From Rhizophagus irregularis (lineage: Eukaryota): 64,000 nt of DNA. Under the pieces are notes generated by a model. That model did not search any database and was not told where the DNA came from. It saw only the letters and a list, made by a program, of their open reading frames with translations. Positions 32,884 to 46,929 of the stretch are shown here, piece after piece. The position numbers and the translations under genes were made by a program. The stretch lies in NCBI RefSeq assembly GCF_026210795.1, contig NC_089429.1, forward strand, positions 2,418,001-2,482,000. Direction: 5' to 3'. Each line of letters opens with the position of its first letter. Position 1 is the first letter of the stretch.

Positions 32884-34664
32884 ATGTCTAAAAAATTTAA
32901 CAAGAACTTTAAAAATTTAAGAAATAACAGCTCAAATACTTTGAGTAAATATAAACATAAAGGATATAAATGCGGTTTGTGTTCCGAATATAAACTACCA
33001 AACAACAAATATTATTTCTGCAAAGATTGTTTTAGAGAAAGATTTCAACAGAATTTTGATAAATGGACTAGTGGAAATAAATACGTTGACAAGTTCATTC
33101 AAGAAACTCAACTAAAAGTAAGAAACTGTAATAAAATTATAGAATGGATTCCTTATAATAGATTAAGAGATATCAAATATCTTACTAAAGGCGGGTTCAG
33201 TACTATTTATAGGGCTATTTGGTTAGATGGAATGATATCTATAAATCATACAAAAAAAATTTGGGATAGGGATGGTGAAATGAGTGTTGCATTAAAGAGC
33301 TTAAATAATTCATCAAATATTAATGGTAATTTTTTAAATGAAGTAAGTTGTTTTTAAAAAATATACACACTATTTATTGTCTGGAGCGAAGCGAAGGACT
33401 ATATATGTTTTCGAAGGACTATGTCAAATAGTGTCACATGACGATATCCGGTTGTCCGCACGCGTCACGTCATTGAAATTTCGTGCTACATCAGATGAAA
33501 TAAATTTGTGATACATCAGATAAACAAGATAAAGGTTTACTTATAACCTTTTTTTTCGCTCCGGACTTACAACGGTTTCCGTTTCCTAGTTTTAATAAAA
33601 ATTTATATTATTTATACTTATTTAATTTTTAGTTGAAAAATCATTGGCATTATTCAACTGTACAGATATATGGAATAACTCAAGATCCGGAAACATTGAA
33701 TTATATGATAGTAATGAGATTAATGTGTAAGGGGAGTTTAAGATCTAATTTAACAACAATTAAATATATAGATGAAAAATATACTGGTCTATCGATAGCT
33801 GCGGCAGCACTTTCAATTTTACACAAATGCAATTTGGCTCATGGTGATTTCCATAGTGGTAATATACTTTTGGATGATGATTGTAGCACCCATATAAGTG
33901 ATTTTGGATTAAGCAGACCTGTAAATCAAACCAACTTAAATGAAATTTATGGAATAATTCCTTATATTGCTCCAGAAGTTTTGCGTGGAAAACCATATAC
34001 TAAAGCAGCTGATATTTATTCTTTTGGAATTATTATGTGGGAACTTACATCTGGTGTTCCTGCTTTTAATGATAGATCTCATGATTTTATACTCTCTTTA
34101 GAAATTTGTGAGGGATTAAGACCAAAAATTGTTGAAGGTACATCGCCAATATATAAAAGATTAATGAAGAAATGCTGGGATTCCGATCCTAATAAAAGAC
34201 CAACAGCTAATGAATTAAGTGAAATTTTTTCTTTTTGGGGTTCTTATTATAATGATTATCCAATTAAAAGATTGTGTGAAAGAAAACCTATTCCTAGTAA
34301 GTAAAAAAGATTTAATATCTTTATTGAACAATTGATTTTACTTCTTACTTTAAGCAAAAAGTTTATTTTTATCTGATTTTATTTATTAAAACTTTTTAGG
34401 CAATGAATCTATTACCAAAAATCATCCATTATCTTGTTATACAAGCAGAAAAATAGATTATTCTGCGAAGCTAAATGAAATTTTAAGTAAGAAAGAATTA
34501 AGCACAAAATATATAATTGATGAAGAAAAAGGGTTTAATAATGAGATGACATTATTAAGCGAAAGTTTTGGTATTAATTTTTCATTTTTTTTTTCATCAC
34601 ATACAAGCGAAAATCTAATTTGTTTATTTTTAATTTATTAGAAGATTGCAAGATTTCTGATTAA
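32884..34664 (+). CDS. TKL protein kinase, 4 exons, apparently intact
   Basis: Exons 32884(or 32803)-33342, 33633-34296, 34400-34570 and 34642-34664 join in frame. Motifs: CxxC pairs, WTSGN, GGFSTIY, VALK, HGDFHSGN, DFG, APE. Confidence 0.85.
33373..33590 (+). mobile_element. Non-autonomous Helentron/Helitron2-type element in a kinase intron
   Basis: Subterminal inverted repeats GTCTGGAGCGAA / TTCGCTCCGGAC, a 3' hairpin ACGG-TTT-CCGT, then CTAGT, with T-rich flanks. Confidence 0.65.
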
Positions 34665-35233
34665 GTAAATTTACAAAATTATTTTTTAATTACCTCCGCC
34701 CTTTAAATTTATTAATAGATTTTTAATGGATTCTCCAAATATTGAAGAACGAATTCGCATATAATTTTGTTTAAAAATTCATTAACACACTATGAAGTTT
34801 TAATTCTTTCTCGTTATATCGCTAAATTTGAGCGTCTTATTTAGAATGTTGCAACTTCCTGATTGCATTAACATAAATTTGGTTCTTATTCTTAAGATAT
34901 TCGTTATATTACCATATTTTCCCAGGAACTCTGTTTTCATTAATTAATTTAGTCCCATTTACAATATAATACATTTATATTGAATCATTTAAATTTATTG
35001 AGAAGGCGTTAATATGAGCCCATCTTATATTCATCTTTTATTAAAAAGTAATCCGATTTTTTCATCAGTTTAAAAGAATGAGAACTAACTTTTTGCGCAA
35101 CTGCGTGACCAAAATTTAAATTCAATTTTTCCATGTCTTCATTGCTAAAAATAATCTTATTGATCACCAAATGAATGAATGTAATATTCTTGCATTATAT
35201 TTTTATTATGATGAGTTGCTCATTTATACATGG

Positions 35234-35455
35234 CAGACTTGTTGTCGGCTAGTCGGGTTATTAGAAAAGATATATAACACGATATAATGGCGTAGTATAA
35301 GTATAATAAAGTATAATTATATATACCATATAATGTAATTATGTTATATTAAAATTTAATTAAAGTATACCCGTGTTATTTCTTTTCTAATAACCAGACT
35401 AGTCGAGTAACCCGAGTACCCGACAATCCCGACAATAAAAATTTTCAAGTGTCTA
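35234..35455. mobile_element. Foldback MITE-like inverted repeat
   Basis: CTAGTCGGGTTATTAGAAAAGA..TAACACG is inverted against CGTGTTA.TTCTTTTCTAATAACCAGACTAG. Confidence 0.55.
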
Positions 35456-35482
35456 CTATATTTCGCTGTAACGAAAAATCAT

Positions 35483-35574
35483 GTGCCTGCCCGGACCCGG
35501 CCCGGGTAAGAAAGTTTGCCGGCCCAAACCCGGATTAGGGTTTCCGAGTTCCGGGTCCCGTTTGCAGACCTCTA
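35483..35574. mobile_element. One end of a hAT-like element
   Basis: GC-rich CCCGG subterminal motifs ending in ...CCCGTTTGCAGACCTCTA (TAGAGG-type terminus on the minus strand). No partner end seen. Confidence 0.45.
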
Positions 35575-36099
35575 ATATATAATGAAATGAACCCTTTTTA
35601 TCACTACGACCGCTACGACCGTACCTTAAAATTTTTTTTTTATTTTTTTTTTATGCCCGGTGATTCTTTCATTGTTCAAAATGGCTTAGTGTTATATCGG
35701 TGAATATAAAAAAGGAGGTATTTGTTACATAAACAGCCGATCCTGAAAAAATTAAGTAATCCCGGTATCACTTATAATTCTTATTTTCAGGAGGAATTGC
35801 AATGTAATCTTTCACGTTCAGGAAATTCAATATTCACAAAAAAATAATAGATCGGATTGTCCTTTTTATTAATCAATCACATTCTTAATTACATTTTATT
35901 CATTCATAGATATAAACCGCATTTTTGAGAAAAAAATCCTTTATATTATATTTTTCTATTGTATTTCTCTTTTCGCGTTTCCTTCTTACATTCTTTTATA
36001 AACTTTTTCTTATTTCATCTTTAAAATTTTAAGGTATCAGTATTATATACATTTTTTTAATCGATTTTGTTTTAAAATTTTATTATACTGTATTTAGTA

Positions 36100-36695
36100 A
36101 CGAAATTTTAAAGCACGTCGTGCTAGAGTCACAACAAAACAAAGACGGCAATGGTCAGCACGAGAGAAGTTAGAGACTGATGATAGTTGCATATCATGAT
36201 AAAAGGCCATAGTAAACGATCAACAGAAATAAGTTTGAAATTTAGCCAAAACAACTTCGTGAGTGGATTAAAAATAAAAAAACAACTAATAAAAATAGCT
36301 CCATGTAGTCAAAGACTTAATAGAGGTGCACGGCCAAAATATCCCGCCCTTGAAGTTGAACAATTGAAAACTGTTACTCGTTATATTATTCAAGAAAAAC
36401 GCTAGCTAAAAAGATATCTGGAATTTTCGTCTTTCTTTTTGGTAGCGGCAAGATGGATCCATTTGGGTTTGTCTCACGCTTTGTATTCATAAAACAGGAT
36501 AGAGCGAAATTTCTTAAAGAATTGAAGGAAATGGAAGATGATAGAAGTACATTACTAAATAACTCGGAAAAAGATGTTGATAGTGTTACAGAAACGAATG
36601 ATCTTAACGATCAAGCTGAATTTAAGAACCTGCTTGCAAAGTACTATATAGAAACAGATTTCTATGAACATGCCGTCAAGACGCTCGATGTGTAA
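36100..36695 (+). pseudogene. Pogo-like transposase remnant (N-terminal HTH, internally deleted)
   Basis: Fragments RRQWSAREKL, GHSKRST, PKQLREWIKNK and GARPKYPALE lie across frameshifts. Confidence 0.6.
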
Positions 36696-38327
36696 TAAAT
36701 ATTGTATAATATAATAAATTATACACGAAGTATATTATATTATATATTGTAACAAACACACTGCTTTGTAATATGAAATTATAAAAATAAAATGTACAGT
36801 ATATCATATTATTAAACTAACCAAATTGACGAAATTAACCGTTTAAGTTCTGCCTATTACTACCCGCTGCTTTTATTTGTTATCATTCTTTCATGTTATT
36901 CCTCGTGTTTTCATTCTTGGAAAAAAAATATTAATATTTATCTTCTACTACAATAAGTCACGAGTCTACATATGATTGTCAATTATGTTAATTCTTTCTT
37001 TCCTTTTAGTTTCATACATAATATTATGAATTTACATTTTTTTTAGTTGAGGATTGTATCTATAAATATTATTGTATTATTTTAACTAATAACTATTTAA
37101 TGATTTTTTTATGTTAGAAGAGAAGTTTATTAAAATCTTTTTACCTTTCAGATTTTTTTCCAAATTCCACCGGCATCACAATGTTTCATTGTTTCAAGGT
37201 CCAAACAAGAATGTTAGCCTTTCCCATCGTACTGTCATTTGGAAATCGACATTATGACTTAGATACTGTGTAAAATGGAATATATGGGAGATCTCCACAG
37301 GTAAATCCAGGGTTCAATCGATTACGTGTTTTCAGGTTTAAATTACGTAATCGATTTGACGATCATATACTAAAAATGGTTTAGGACGATTGAAAACTTA
37401 AGTTTTTTTTGTCGTATTTTTTATGGAATATATTTTTAATGAAGGTATTGTGATATCTTGTAAAAAACCAACTAATCGAAAAACGAAAACTTATTTTCTG
37501 ACTTATAATCACATGATAATTGCAAAATCTCAAATCATGTGATTTGGTCCGTGTTGTTGAACGACCTTTAAAATATACATTATACCTTTCGTAATTCTAT
37601 AATGTAATTATCCGGGCCGGGCACTGTTATACAACATAGTATACTATATAATATTCAATTTACACTTTTTTGTATATATTACAAGATTTTCTTTATCAAA
37701 AAAAAATTTCCGTACAGCCGTATATTATATAATTTTTTTTTCATTTATGAAAAGATTAGCGTAACAAAAAAAAAATATTTTTTTTTTGTCTGATTGTAAG
37801 TCTGATTGTACAATAAAAAAAAAATATTAAATAATTTTTCATTTCTTCATGACTTCATGACATTGTACATCTGATATTATATAAATATACATAAATGGAA
37901 AGCATCAAAGTGTCGATTTTACTTAGTTATTTATAAACGATCATTTGCCAAACAAAAAAAAAAAATTACATAACTGCATAAAATTAAAATCGTGAAAAAA
38001 AAAATTGCATAAAATTAAAATCAATACATATATTAAAAAATTAATTACGTAATTGCATATATTAAAAAAAAAAAAATTTCGCTAAAGTGAAGGGATCAAA
38101 AAAAGAATTCTTATTAAAAAAAAAAATTTTTTTTTTTATAAAAATGGCACTCTTATCATTTAACAGCAAAAATAATACCTTTTTTTCCATAATCCCTTTT
38201 TTCCTGCTTTACTTTTAAAATACTGTGGTTGTTTATCAGTTCTCTCCTTCAAATTAAAAAAAAATCGAGATACACTTTCTGGAAAGTAACTTTTGATTTT
38301 AAAATAAAATTCGATTCACGAAAAAAA

Positions 38328-38711
38328 ATGAAACAACCATCATTCTCTAATATTGATTCTCAATCTGTCAATGGAAATGGAAACGAAATCGTTTTTCCAA
38401 AGACTTTAAAATGGTAAGTTTTAAGAAAGAGGAAAAAAAAAAAGTATTTTTTAATGAATTATTTTTTAATTCCGCCATTATTGTCTATTATTTTAATTAG
38501 TTCTCCGTATAAAAGAGAAGATATGGATTCTGAATCGACTTCCATGATCAAATCATCGTACATAAATCGTATTCTTCGTAGACGAAGAAATAATCGTCAA
38601 ATAAGATATGCCAATACTTATCCACTATTATATCTTATTAGAAAGTTACCAAGACAAAACACAAACAATCCATTCGCGAAGCAAATATTTGGTGGTTCCA
38701 GTTTCCACTAA
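38328..38711 (+). CDS. Small basic hypothetical protein (about 98 aa, 2 exons)
   Basis: Exons 38328-38413 and 38501-38711 join in frame through a GTAAGT..TAG intron. The ATG follows an A-run. Confidence 0.55.
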
Positions 38712-38892
38712 AGATTATTTTCGATATTGACTCTATTCCGACATTCGTTTTAATAATACGTAAATTTATTTATTTAGATATGCAAAATCTGTTTAATGAC
38801 AAGACTCTCGAATATTATTGGCAAATTCGCATCCTCATTTAACAAATATTATAAAGTGGCTATATATTTTGTACTACTGATCTCCAATGCAC

Positions 38893-39140
38893 ATTTTTTT
38901 TTTTCAACAACGATTTTTTAATTTTTTTTCAATGGCGATTTTTTAATTTTTTTTCAATGGCGATTTCAATTTTTTTTTTCAATGACGATTTTTTAATTTT
39001 TTTTCAATGGCGATTTTAATTTTTTCTTTTCAATGACGATTTTTTAATTTTTTTTCAATGACGATTTTTTAATTTTTTTTCAATGGCGATTTTAATTTTT
39101 TTTTTCAATGGCGATTTTTAATAAATTTTTTTCAATGGCA
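38893..39140. repeat. About 26-bp minisatellite (TTTTTTTCAATG(G/A)CGATTTTTTAA), about 9 copies
   Basis: Directly visible tandem units. Confidence 0.9.
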
Positions 39141-39428
39141 ACCTTATTGTTATTCATTCTTCTTCATGCTGCTATTATCAATTCGTATTGTTTAGTTACA
39201 AGGTAGCAAAAGTAATCGGAATTCAAAAAAATGTAATTGAAATTGCTTCAAATTTTACAAACAAAAACATTAAAAATAAAATTTAAGCCCCTAATATTTA
39301 TAATAAAAATTATAAACAAAATAATATATCTTTAATTGATTTATTAAAAAAAAATTGGTTCTAGTATGCATTAAAAAGACTGCGGTCAATATAGTAAAGA
39401 AACTTTGATCTCAATTTTCTCAATAAAA

Positions 39429-39623
39429 GGCTATACTAATTTTCGCCTCAGGTTCCCATTGAATCCGACGTGGAATTAGCTCGGATTCCATATAATGACG
39501 GCAGAAGACATGGGTCCGGATGATTACGAATGATTACAAATCAAAAAATTCCAGATGTTGATCAATCGGACCCGGTTCACTAGCCAGAATCAATGGAAGT
39601 AAGGCGAAAATCAGTATAGACCC
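39429..39623. mobile_element. MITE (about 195 bp)
   Basis: TIRs GGCTATACTAATTTTCGCCT / AGGCGAAAATCAGTATAGACCC. AATAAAA flanks both sides. Confidence 0.65.
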
Positions 39624-41289
39624 AAATAAAAAAGTGGCAAATTTTTTTAATAAAATTAGCTTGATGTAAACTTTAATTTATAATCATTCAACCTTTTAAT
39701 GAACTGCAATTTAATACTGTATCAGAATTTTCAGATTTTTATGGGTTACAATTTTTTTTTTTTTGAATTAAAAAATCAATTGTGAGACAAAGAAATAAGA
39801 TAAAAGGCTGATAATTTACATATACATGTTAGTGACACATTTGGCAACAAATCTTAACTCATTTATCGCAATTCCGATTTGCAAATCACCGATAAATACA
39901 ATATATTAATTTTTTAATCCTATTTTTTTTCCCTTCTTTTTTCGGAAATCTGCATAAACAATTATTAATTAACATATATAAATTTTCAATAGTAAATTTT
40001 TATGATGTTTACAATTGTTTCTTGAAAAATAAAATGAAAAAACAAAGTAAATTTATTTTTCGAAGATAATTACATCATTACGCCATATGTATGTGCATGC
40101 ATATGGGTGACCACTGACCAATAAAACAATCAAAAAAATTTTTTTTTTTCAAAAAAAAAAAAGAAAAGAAGAAAGAAAAAAAGAAGGAAAAAAAAATTAT
40201 TTTATTATAATTACAATTGGAACAATGATAAAGCAAAAAAAGATTTTTCTTTATTTACATTCTTTAGTGCTGACAATTTACTTTATATAAATCAGGTAAT
40301 GTGTAACAATGAAGAGACAATTCCCAATCATAAAACCGGCATTCACTTTTTTTTTTTCTGTGTAATCTGAGAATTTAGCCTTCAATGACATTTCTTTGTG
40401 AAAATTTGAAAATTTATGAAGTAAAATGAACCTTTTCCGTGTCGTTCACCTGAAAGCATTTGCGATTATTATTGTTTTTTTTTTTTTTTTACTTTGGGCG
40501 GCTACATTTATATTTTATATTATTATTTTTTATTATTATTCTACTTTACTTTAGAGCATCTTTTATTTATATTATGACAATGATGTTACATAAAAAGATA
40601 TTCAGTGATCAACATAACAGTACGCTCGGATTTGTGGCCCCAATAGTGCCCCAATCAGCGATCCGATCCAACCAAAAGGGTGCTGGTTTTTGATCGCATA
40701 TTCGATTGGCTAGTACTTTTTTTTTTGTTAATAACATTATAAATGGATACATACATACATCATACACATATATATCCCAATTTCACTAATTTCGGATGTA
40801 ACACATGTACATCCCCCAAAATCGCATGTTTTAAGTATCACTTTATCCATATATGTAGTGTATAATGAATTAATGATTTATATATACACACACATGCATT
40901 GGAAGGCTAATCAGAAGAATTAGAAAAATGTAGAGTTGCTGGATTAACATAACCTTCAAATATTTGTTACCGTCTAGCACTGCCTAAAGTATTCTCCTTT
41001 AAGCATACTCCCACTTTAAAAGTTCCGGGTACTTTACTATATATATATAAAATTTTTCTTAATTTTAAATCCGGGTATTATTCAATTTTTATTGTATAGA
41101 CTCTGGTATTAATATATGTGTATCAAAAAAAAAAGAATTTATTGTAAATTTTTATATAGTTAAAAATGCGCCATCGTTAGCAGTACTTTTAAGAATTTTA
41201 TTATCATCATAAAACAAAAATAAAACAATGAACAAAATTATACAGTATGATAATATTAAAATTGCTACAAATTTATATAATCGACTATT

Positions 41290-42260
41290 AATTCCAATCC
41301 TGCATTACGTTGAGTCATTTTCTTCATAATAGCCATTCTCAGGTTCACTTTCACTATTATCGTTGTCTCCTTCATTTTCTCTATCATCATTTTCGACATT
41401 TTCTTCAATTCCTCTTCCTGTATTATTTATTCTTTCTACTACTTTATTAAAATCAAAAATCAAGCCGTCTTCTGTCCCATTAATTGCATTTGAAATACCG
41501 CAATATTTAAACGAACGCCTAATCAATAACTTTATCCAGCTTGTTACAAGCGAATAAGAAGGTCTTTTAATTTTTCCAGATGGGGTATAATCTTTGATAG
41601 CTTCGTTCATCCAAAGATTATAATGATGTCGTACTTATTTTTTAAAAAAATAAATATAAATTTATTTAAGCAATAAATAAACCAAAATAAAATTACCTTT
41701 GTTATGATACATTAAGTGATTGCAAACGAGAAGTTAGACCACCTGAAATGATCGTTATATTAGTTTTTTTTTTGAACGAAATCTTTGTTTTACGGATGTG
41801 CAGCAAAAGAATCCAATACCAAAAGAAATCTCGGATTACTGTCTCGATTTGCACGTTTTGTCTAAACATTATCCACCAACAAATCATCTCGTTTTCATTC
41901 ATCCAACCTTCCATATTAGTACGGATAATTACACCATCTGGAAAATCCTCACGCGGAATATTTGCAAGTTTAAAAATAATTACTGGAGTAATTTCGTCTC
42001 ATCAGCCATACAATTTAAAACAACAGTGAAATTCGAACGTTCATGCTCAATTAATAAAATTGAAACAGTTCTTGCACCATTTTGTTCAGCTATTAGCTAT
42101 TGCAAATTGAATGACATTGGCGTTCATTCATGTTTGCGATTAAAGATAATGGATAATTATGCTCTCTTCGATAAAATATTACATATGATAAAAAATTCAC
42201 TTTGTTACTCTACATAATGTTTTGAAAGCCGTTGGGTAACTGTTGTTCTACTTCTATTAA
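41290..42260 (-). pseudogene. Pogo/Tigger DDE transposase remnant
   Basis: GWMNENEM, GGLTSRLQSLNVS (degenerate PGGLT..LQPLDV), YTPSGKIKRPSY and an acidic tail; multiple frameshifts. Confidence 0.75.
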
Positions 42261-42432
42261 CCAAATTATAGCGAGACATAAAGCCATTAACCACCTTTGG
42301 ATTCCGATTGTAACCACATCGGAATCGGAGCCAATAGTTCCCAAAAAGGACATTTGGAAGCCTCGATATATGGTTTTATTTAAAACATGAGTGCGAGTCT
42401 GTATATTGGAATAAGCTACTATTTCTTAATTC

Positions 42433-43102
42433 CTACATCACTAAATTGTTTCCTTGAGGAGCGAAGGGCGTCCAGTTCATATCTTTGTTGGTGTCACCTA
42501 TGAAAAACAATATTTGGGAAGAATTGAAAACTAGCATATAAAATCCTCCAGCATTATCCTCCGGCTTTAAAATCCTCGAGAACACTGTACCATTAAAAAA
42601 ATGGCAATCCCCGTTTTTCCTTGTTAAATTACTAAACATTTGCAATGATAATAAGTCAAAAAACATTTTTTGTTTGGCAAAATCACTAAAACTTCTATAA
42701 TATTTGGCATACACAATTTCAAGATTATCATAAAGCATGTTGCAAATGAGCATAGATGGAGGGTTTCTATTATCTTCCAACGTCACAGATAACTTAGGGG
42801 GATCATATATCATTTTATGTATATTATATGTGATGACTCCTACCAAACCAGCAGTCAGAAGAAAGAAAACGATCATCTTAAGTATTCTTGTACTAGGAAC
42901 GCTTCGAGTATTGCCAGCAATGAAATAATTAATGACTTGTTTACGAAGATTGGGTAACTGAATGATTCGTACAATGAATATAAGAATTATAATGGATACA
43001 AAAATTATGGCTACTGTTATGGCAAAATACCGATTTCTCCATTGAGAGTCTCAAACCAATCATGATTAACAAAGCTACCAGAATTGAGAGTGTCGTCCAT
43101 AT
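42433..43102 (-). pseudogene. Truncated membrane protein gene (two N-terminal hydrophobic helices)
   Basis: The frame extends upstream of 42876 through FAITVAIIFVSIIILIFIV, but has a stop/frameshift near 43050. The 3' part ends close to the pogo remnant. Confidence 0.45.
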
Positions 43103-44065
43103 TGTAAACTTAGAGTTTTATTATTAAAATTTATTCAATTTATTCAAATTTTTTGTACAAAAAAAAGTATGTCAAGAATATTAATTTTTTTTCGATTCTG
43201 AGATCTTAATTTAGAGAATTCAAAATATTCTAAATTGGTTTACGTACTCTAATAATTGTTGCCATTATAAATTCCAAATAAGACGGTTACCCCTGGTAAA
43301 AAATACATTGTGAATTGATACGTGAAATTTTACCACGAACAAATTCCTGATGATCGTATCCTAAATTGGTATGTACAGTGTTAATAATTTTACTAATCGG
43401 CGTTAACCTTAGTCTATTTTTGGAAAAAACCTTGGATCTTTACTTTTGAAAATGACGCCACCCATGCAATGTCGGAACTCGGAAAGCTCACAATAATTCC
43501 GTTAGTTCCTTACAATATTAAGGTTTTATATAATAAAAAACCCGGTGTATACATTGTTTTATTGTTCTATTTATTTATGAAACACGGAAAATACATGGAA
43601 GAAAAAAATTATTTAACCCATTTCAGAATAGAACAATAGTTTTAATGTGTGTGTAAAACAAAAGACCGACGTTGTTGAAATTGTTTTCTAAAAATTTCTT
43701 GCATTTTGTTATTATCCTATAATGAAAACAATTTTGTATTATATGCAAAAGTTAATTTTAAGTTTAAACATAGGTTTCAACAAACTATCATTTAAAATTT
43801 ATTAAAGCTTTTAAACAATTGTAACAATTAGCTAAAACTAAAACAATAAATTGTTTAAACAATTTTAACACTTGGTTTCAGTTGAGTCGACATCACTACT
43901 TGTGGAGTGATATATTATTAGTATTCCAAATCAAACAAAAACAATAAAAATTATTATACTGTAATAATTGTCCAGTAATTATATATATCTACGCAAACGC
44001 TTTATACACTGTTTCCTAACAGGATATTTTCCACAACAGCTTAACGCTGGTTATTTAATCACGCA

Positions 44066-44299
44066 AGGACCCAGAAATATATATAAAAGGGTCAGGTTTG
44101 AGTTTGCGTATTTTGAACTAAAAAAATCATGAAAATCTTTCTTTTTTTAGATAATTTCTGATAATGCCGGTCAGAATTTTATTTCCTATTATAGTATCTG
44201 ACTGACATTATCATAATTCCGGCCCTGAAAAAATGCGTACAGCTCATAGTAAAAAATTTTTTTCATCACCTGACCCCTATATATATATTTCTGTGTACT
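44066..44299. mobile_element. MITE family B, diverged copy
   Basis: AGGACCCAGAAATATATATAAAAGGGTCAGG and the internal AATTCCGGCCCTGAAA match 13794-14006. Confidence 0.75.
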
Positions 44300-44534
44300 G
44301 ATTTAGAGCATTAAGGTAAGTACTATGTAATTGATGAAATAAAAGCAAGGTAGAGCATACTATAAAAGAAATAAATTCATAAGTTAGTATCATATTAATT
44401 ATTAGTTGAAAATGATGCATTATTGAAATAATATTACACTGGCAAACAATCTCAAACTTATTAGTTATACAGAAGAAACTTTTATTTATTATAAATAACA
44501 ATAATTTTATTTATTTTAAAAGTCATTGTAATAA

Positions 44535-46081
44535 TTAATACATTTCATATATAAATTCATCAGTTTCAATACTTAAATCACAATAATTTTGAACTATAAT
44601 ATCATATAGTCTAAATTCATTTACTTCATCTTTTAAAGAAAACAAGTCAACAATAATTTCAATGAGAGCCAAAAACTTAATTCTCTTCTTTTTCATAATA
44701 TATTCCTTTATATAAGATAAATTATTCTTGTTTTCTAATTCTTCTTTCTTAGTATCTTTGATTAGTAATTTATTAATAAAGTGGTTTGTAAATTTTTCAA
44801 GAATTTGTCCTAAATTTTGTAATACAACTGAGCTAAGATTAACATTATCATCAGCATCAATACTAATATAATTAAGACTTAGCTCAACTTTTTTAACTAA
44901 CTGAAATATTTTATAAATATTCAGATTTTTAAATCCATAAAATTTTAAGAATTTGATATTTGTACTACAATATTTTATAATTAATTCACTTGTAATAATG
45001 ATGATCCATCAACTAGTTCAAGTCCAAAGTTTTCTAAGTAATTTCCAAATTTTTGTAATAATAGTTGTAGTTGGTCAGTTAAGGGTTCTTCATCAATAAA
45101 TAAAGATTTTAATTTAAATGGTTCAGTTAAGTTAATAATTTGTTGAAAAAAATTAGAATCTAGAGAATAACAATAAAGAATATGAATAGATTCTAAAATA
45201 TTTAATTGTTCAAATATCTCATTTGAGACAACTAAATTTTTAAAATTAATCAAATAAAATATAATTGTTCTTAAAGTATTTGTACAATTAGGATTCTTTG
45301 ATAATAATAATGAATTATATAAGGAAAGGCTATTAAAATTCAATGAAATTTTTTTGAGATTTTGTTGTGAATCAATTAAATGACATAAATCTTTTCAAAT
45401 GTTTGGAAATGATGTGTAAATAGAAAATAGAGTGATGATATTGAATTGCAATTAGAACTTAATAATTTTAAAAGTAGGTTAAATAAAATGTACTAAATGA
45501 GTAAAATTTAAGATAAAGATTTCTAATATTGTAAATGAAATTTGAATTTAAAGCTAATTCAGAAACAATAGTATCAAGATAAGTACAATTATGTGTAATA
45601 TCAAGAGTATGTAAATTTGCTTCATTTTCATTGAAAATTTTAATTAATGACTTATAAATAAATTTTACAAAATCATAATGCTGTGAATGTTTAATATTAG
45701 CTAAAAGTGGTTTGAATTTTTTGACATCTGAAACCCACATTGTTATAGAATTATAAATTTTATAAATATCTAAATATTGAATAAAACTGGAATAATTAAA
45801 TAATATATTTGAAGGAAATAAATCATTATTAATTCCATATTTCTTTGATTGTATTTTATCATCATCACTCAAATTATATAAATAAACTTCAATATAGTAA
45901 TAATTTTTAGGATATTTTAATGAAAATGGATTTTCCCATAAAAATGGAAAATTGTCATACGACACCATAATCTATTAACTAAAATACATGAATGTAATGT
46001 TGAAAAGTCATTCCGAAAATATTGTATAATTTCATTTGTTATTTCAGGTAACTCTCCTGAAAATATTTTCGTACACGCCAT
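44535..46081 (-). pseudogene. F-box/LRR paralogue, multiply frameshifted
   Basis: Starts MACTKIFSGELPEI at 46081. It is broken into ORFs 45468-45968, 44981-45343 and others, and ends EMY-stop at 44535. Confidence 0.85.
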
Positions 46082-46189
46082 AATATTGTGAGCAAAATAG
46101 AAAAAAGGGGGAAATGTTTTAAATTTTAGATGTGGTAACTAAGATAGGAGTGGCTTAACTGGACGGCTAAATCGTCTGATCAGCGATAA

Positions 46190-46731
46190 ATCACATTGCC
46201 ACCTTGATCTACAACAAATAGTGAAATAGTATTTTATTAATTTATTTAATAATACAGTAATATAAAATATTGACACGAGTAATAATCAACACAATGCTTG
46301 GTTAATATAATAATGTAATACTAAAAATTATAAAAATAGAATCTCAAAAATCTCCTTTTTACTTGATCAAATACGCTTCATAAAAATTGTTTGGTCTTTC
46401 TTTCTAAACTCTTCCAATATTGATTTTGGCATCCTTTAATTTTAATAAACCCTTTTCATTTTCATGGTTCCCGTCAAAAATATAGTTTTCCACCTTTGAT
46501 AAATTTTAAATCCCAAAAATTGATCTTCAATCCCATTTCTTATTATAGTAATATCCCGAACATAGTTCCCAAATCTAATCTAAAAATAAATCCGAACACA
46601 AGAATAGTTTTACATCGTTACGGATGTTACATTCCACAATTATAACTTTAAAATTTTCTACACTTTTAAAAACTAAATATGATACTGCGCCCTACAATTA
46701 ATAAATTCACTAGGTAATTCCTGGCATTACA
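46190..46731 (-). mobile_element. Degenerate LTR related to the Gypsy LTR
   Basis: TTGCCACC, ATGCTTGGTT and the terminal ATACTGCGCCCTACAATTAATAAATTCACTAG...GGCATTACA match the LTR. The left boundary is unclear and no TSD was seen. Confidence 0.65.
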
Positions 46732-46929
46732 CCGGAGGGCAAAATTGGTCGGATGGTGAATTTGTTCGAGAGACGAATTTGTACCGAATTTTGAACGATA
46801 TATAAGGACCGATTTGTGGAGAATTTGGGAAGATATACAGTTTTTTATTTGATATAGAAATAAATATACGAATATTGCAAAGCGCCGACCCTATAAAAAT
46901 GTTTGTCCGAAATATTTGGAATGGATCAA

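Noticed and set aside
38893..39140. Minisatellite as a coding or CRISPR repeat
   Set aside because: Variable T-run lengths break any frame, and there are no spacers.
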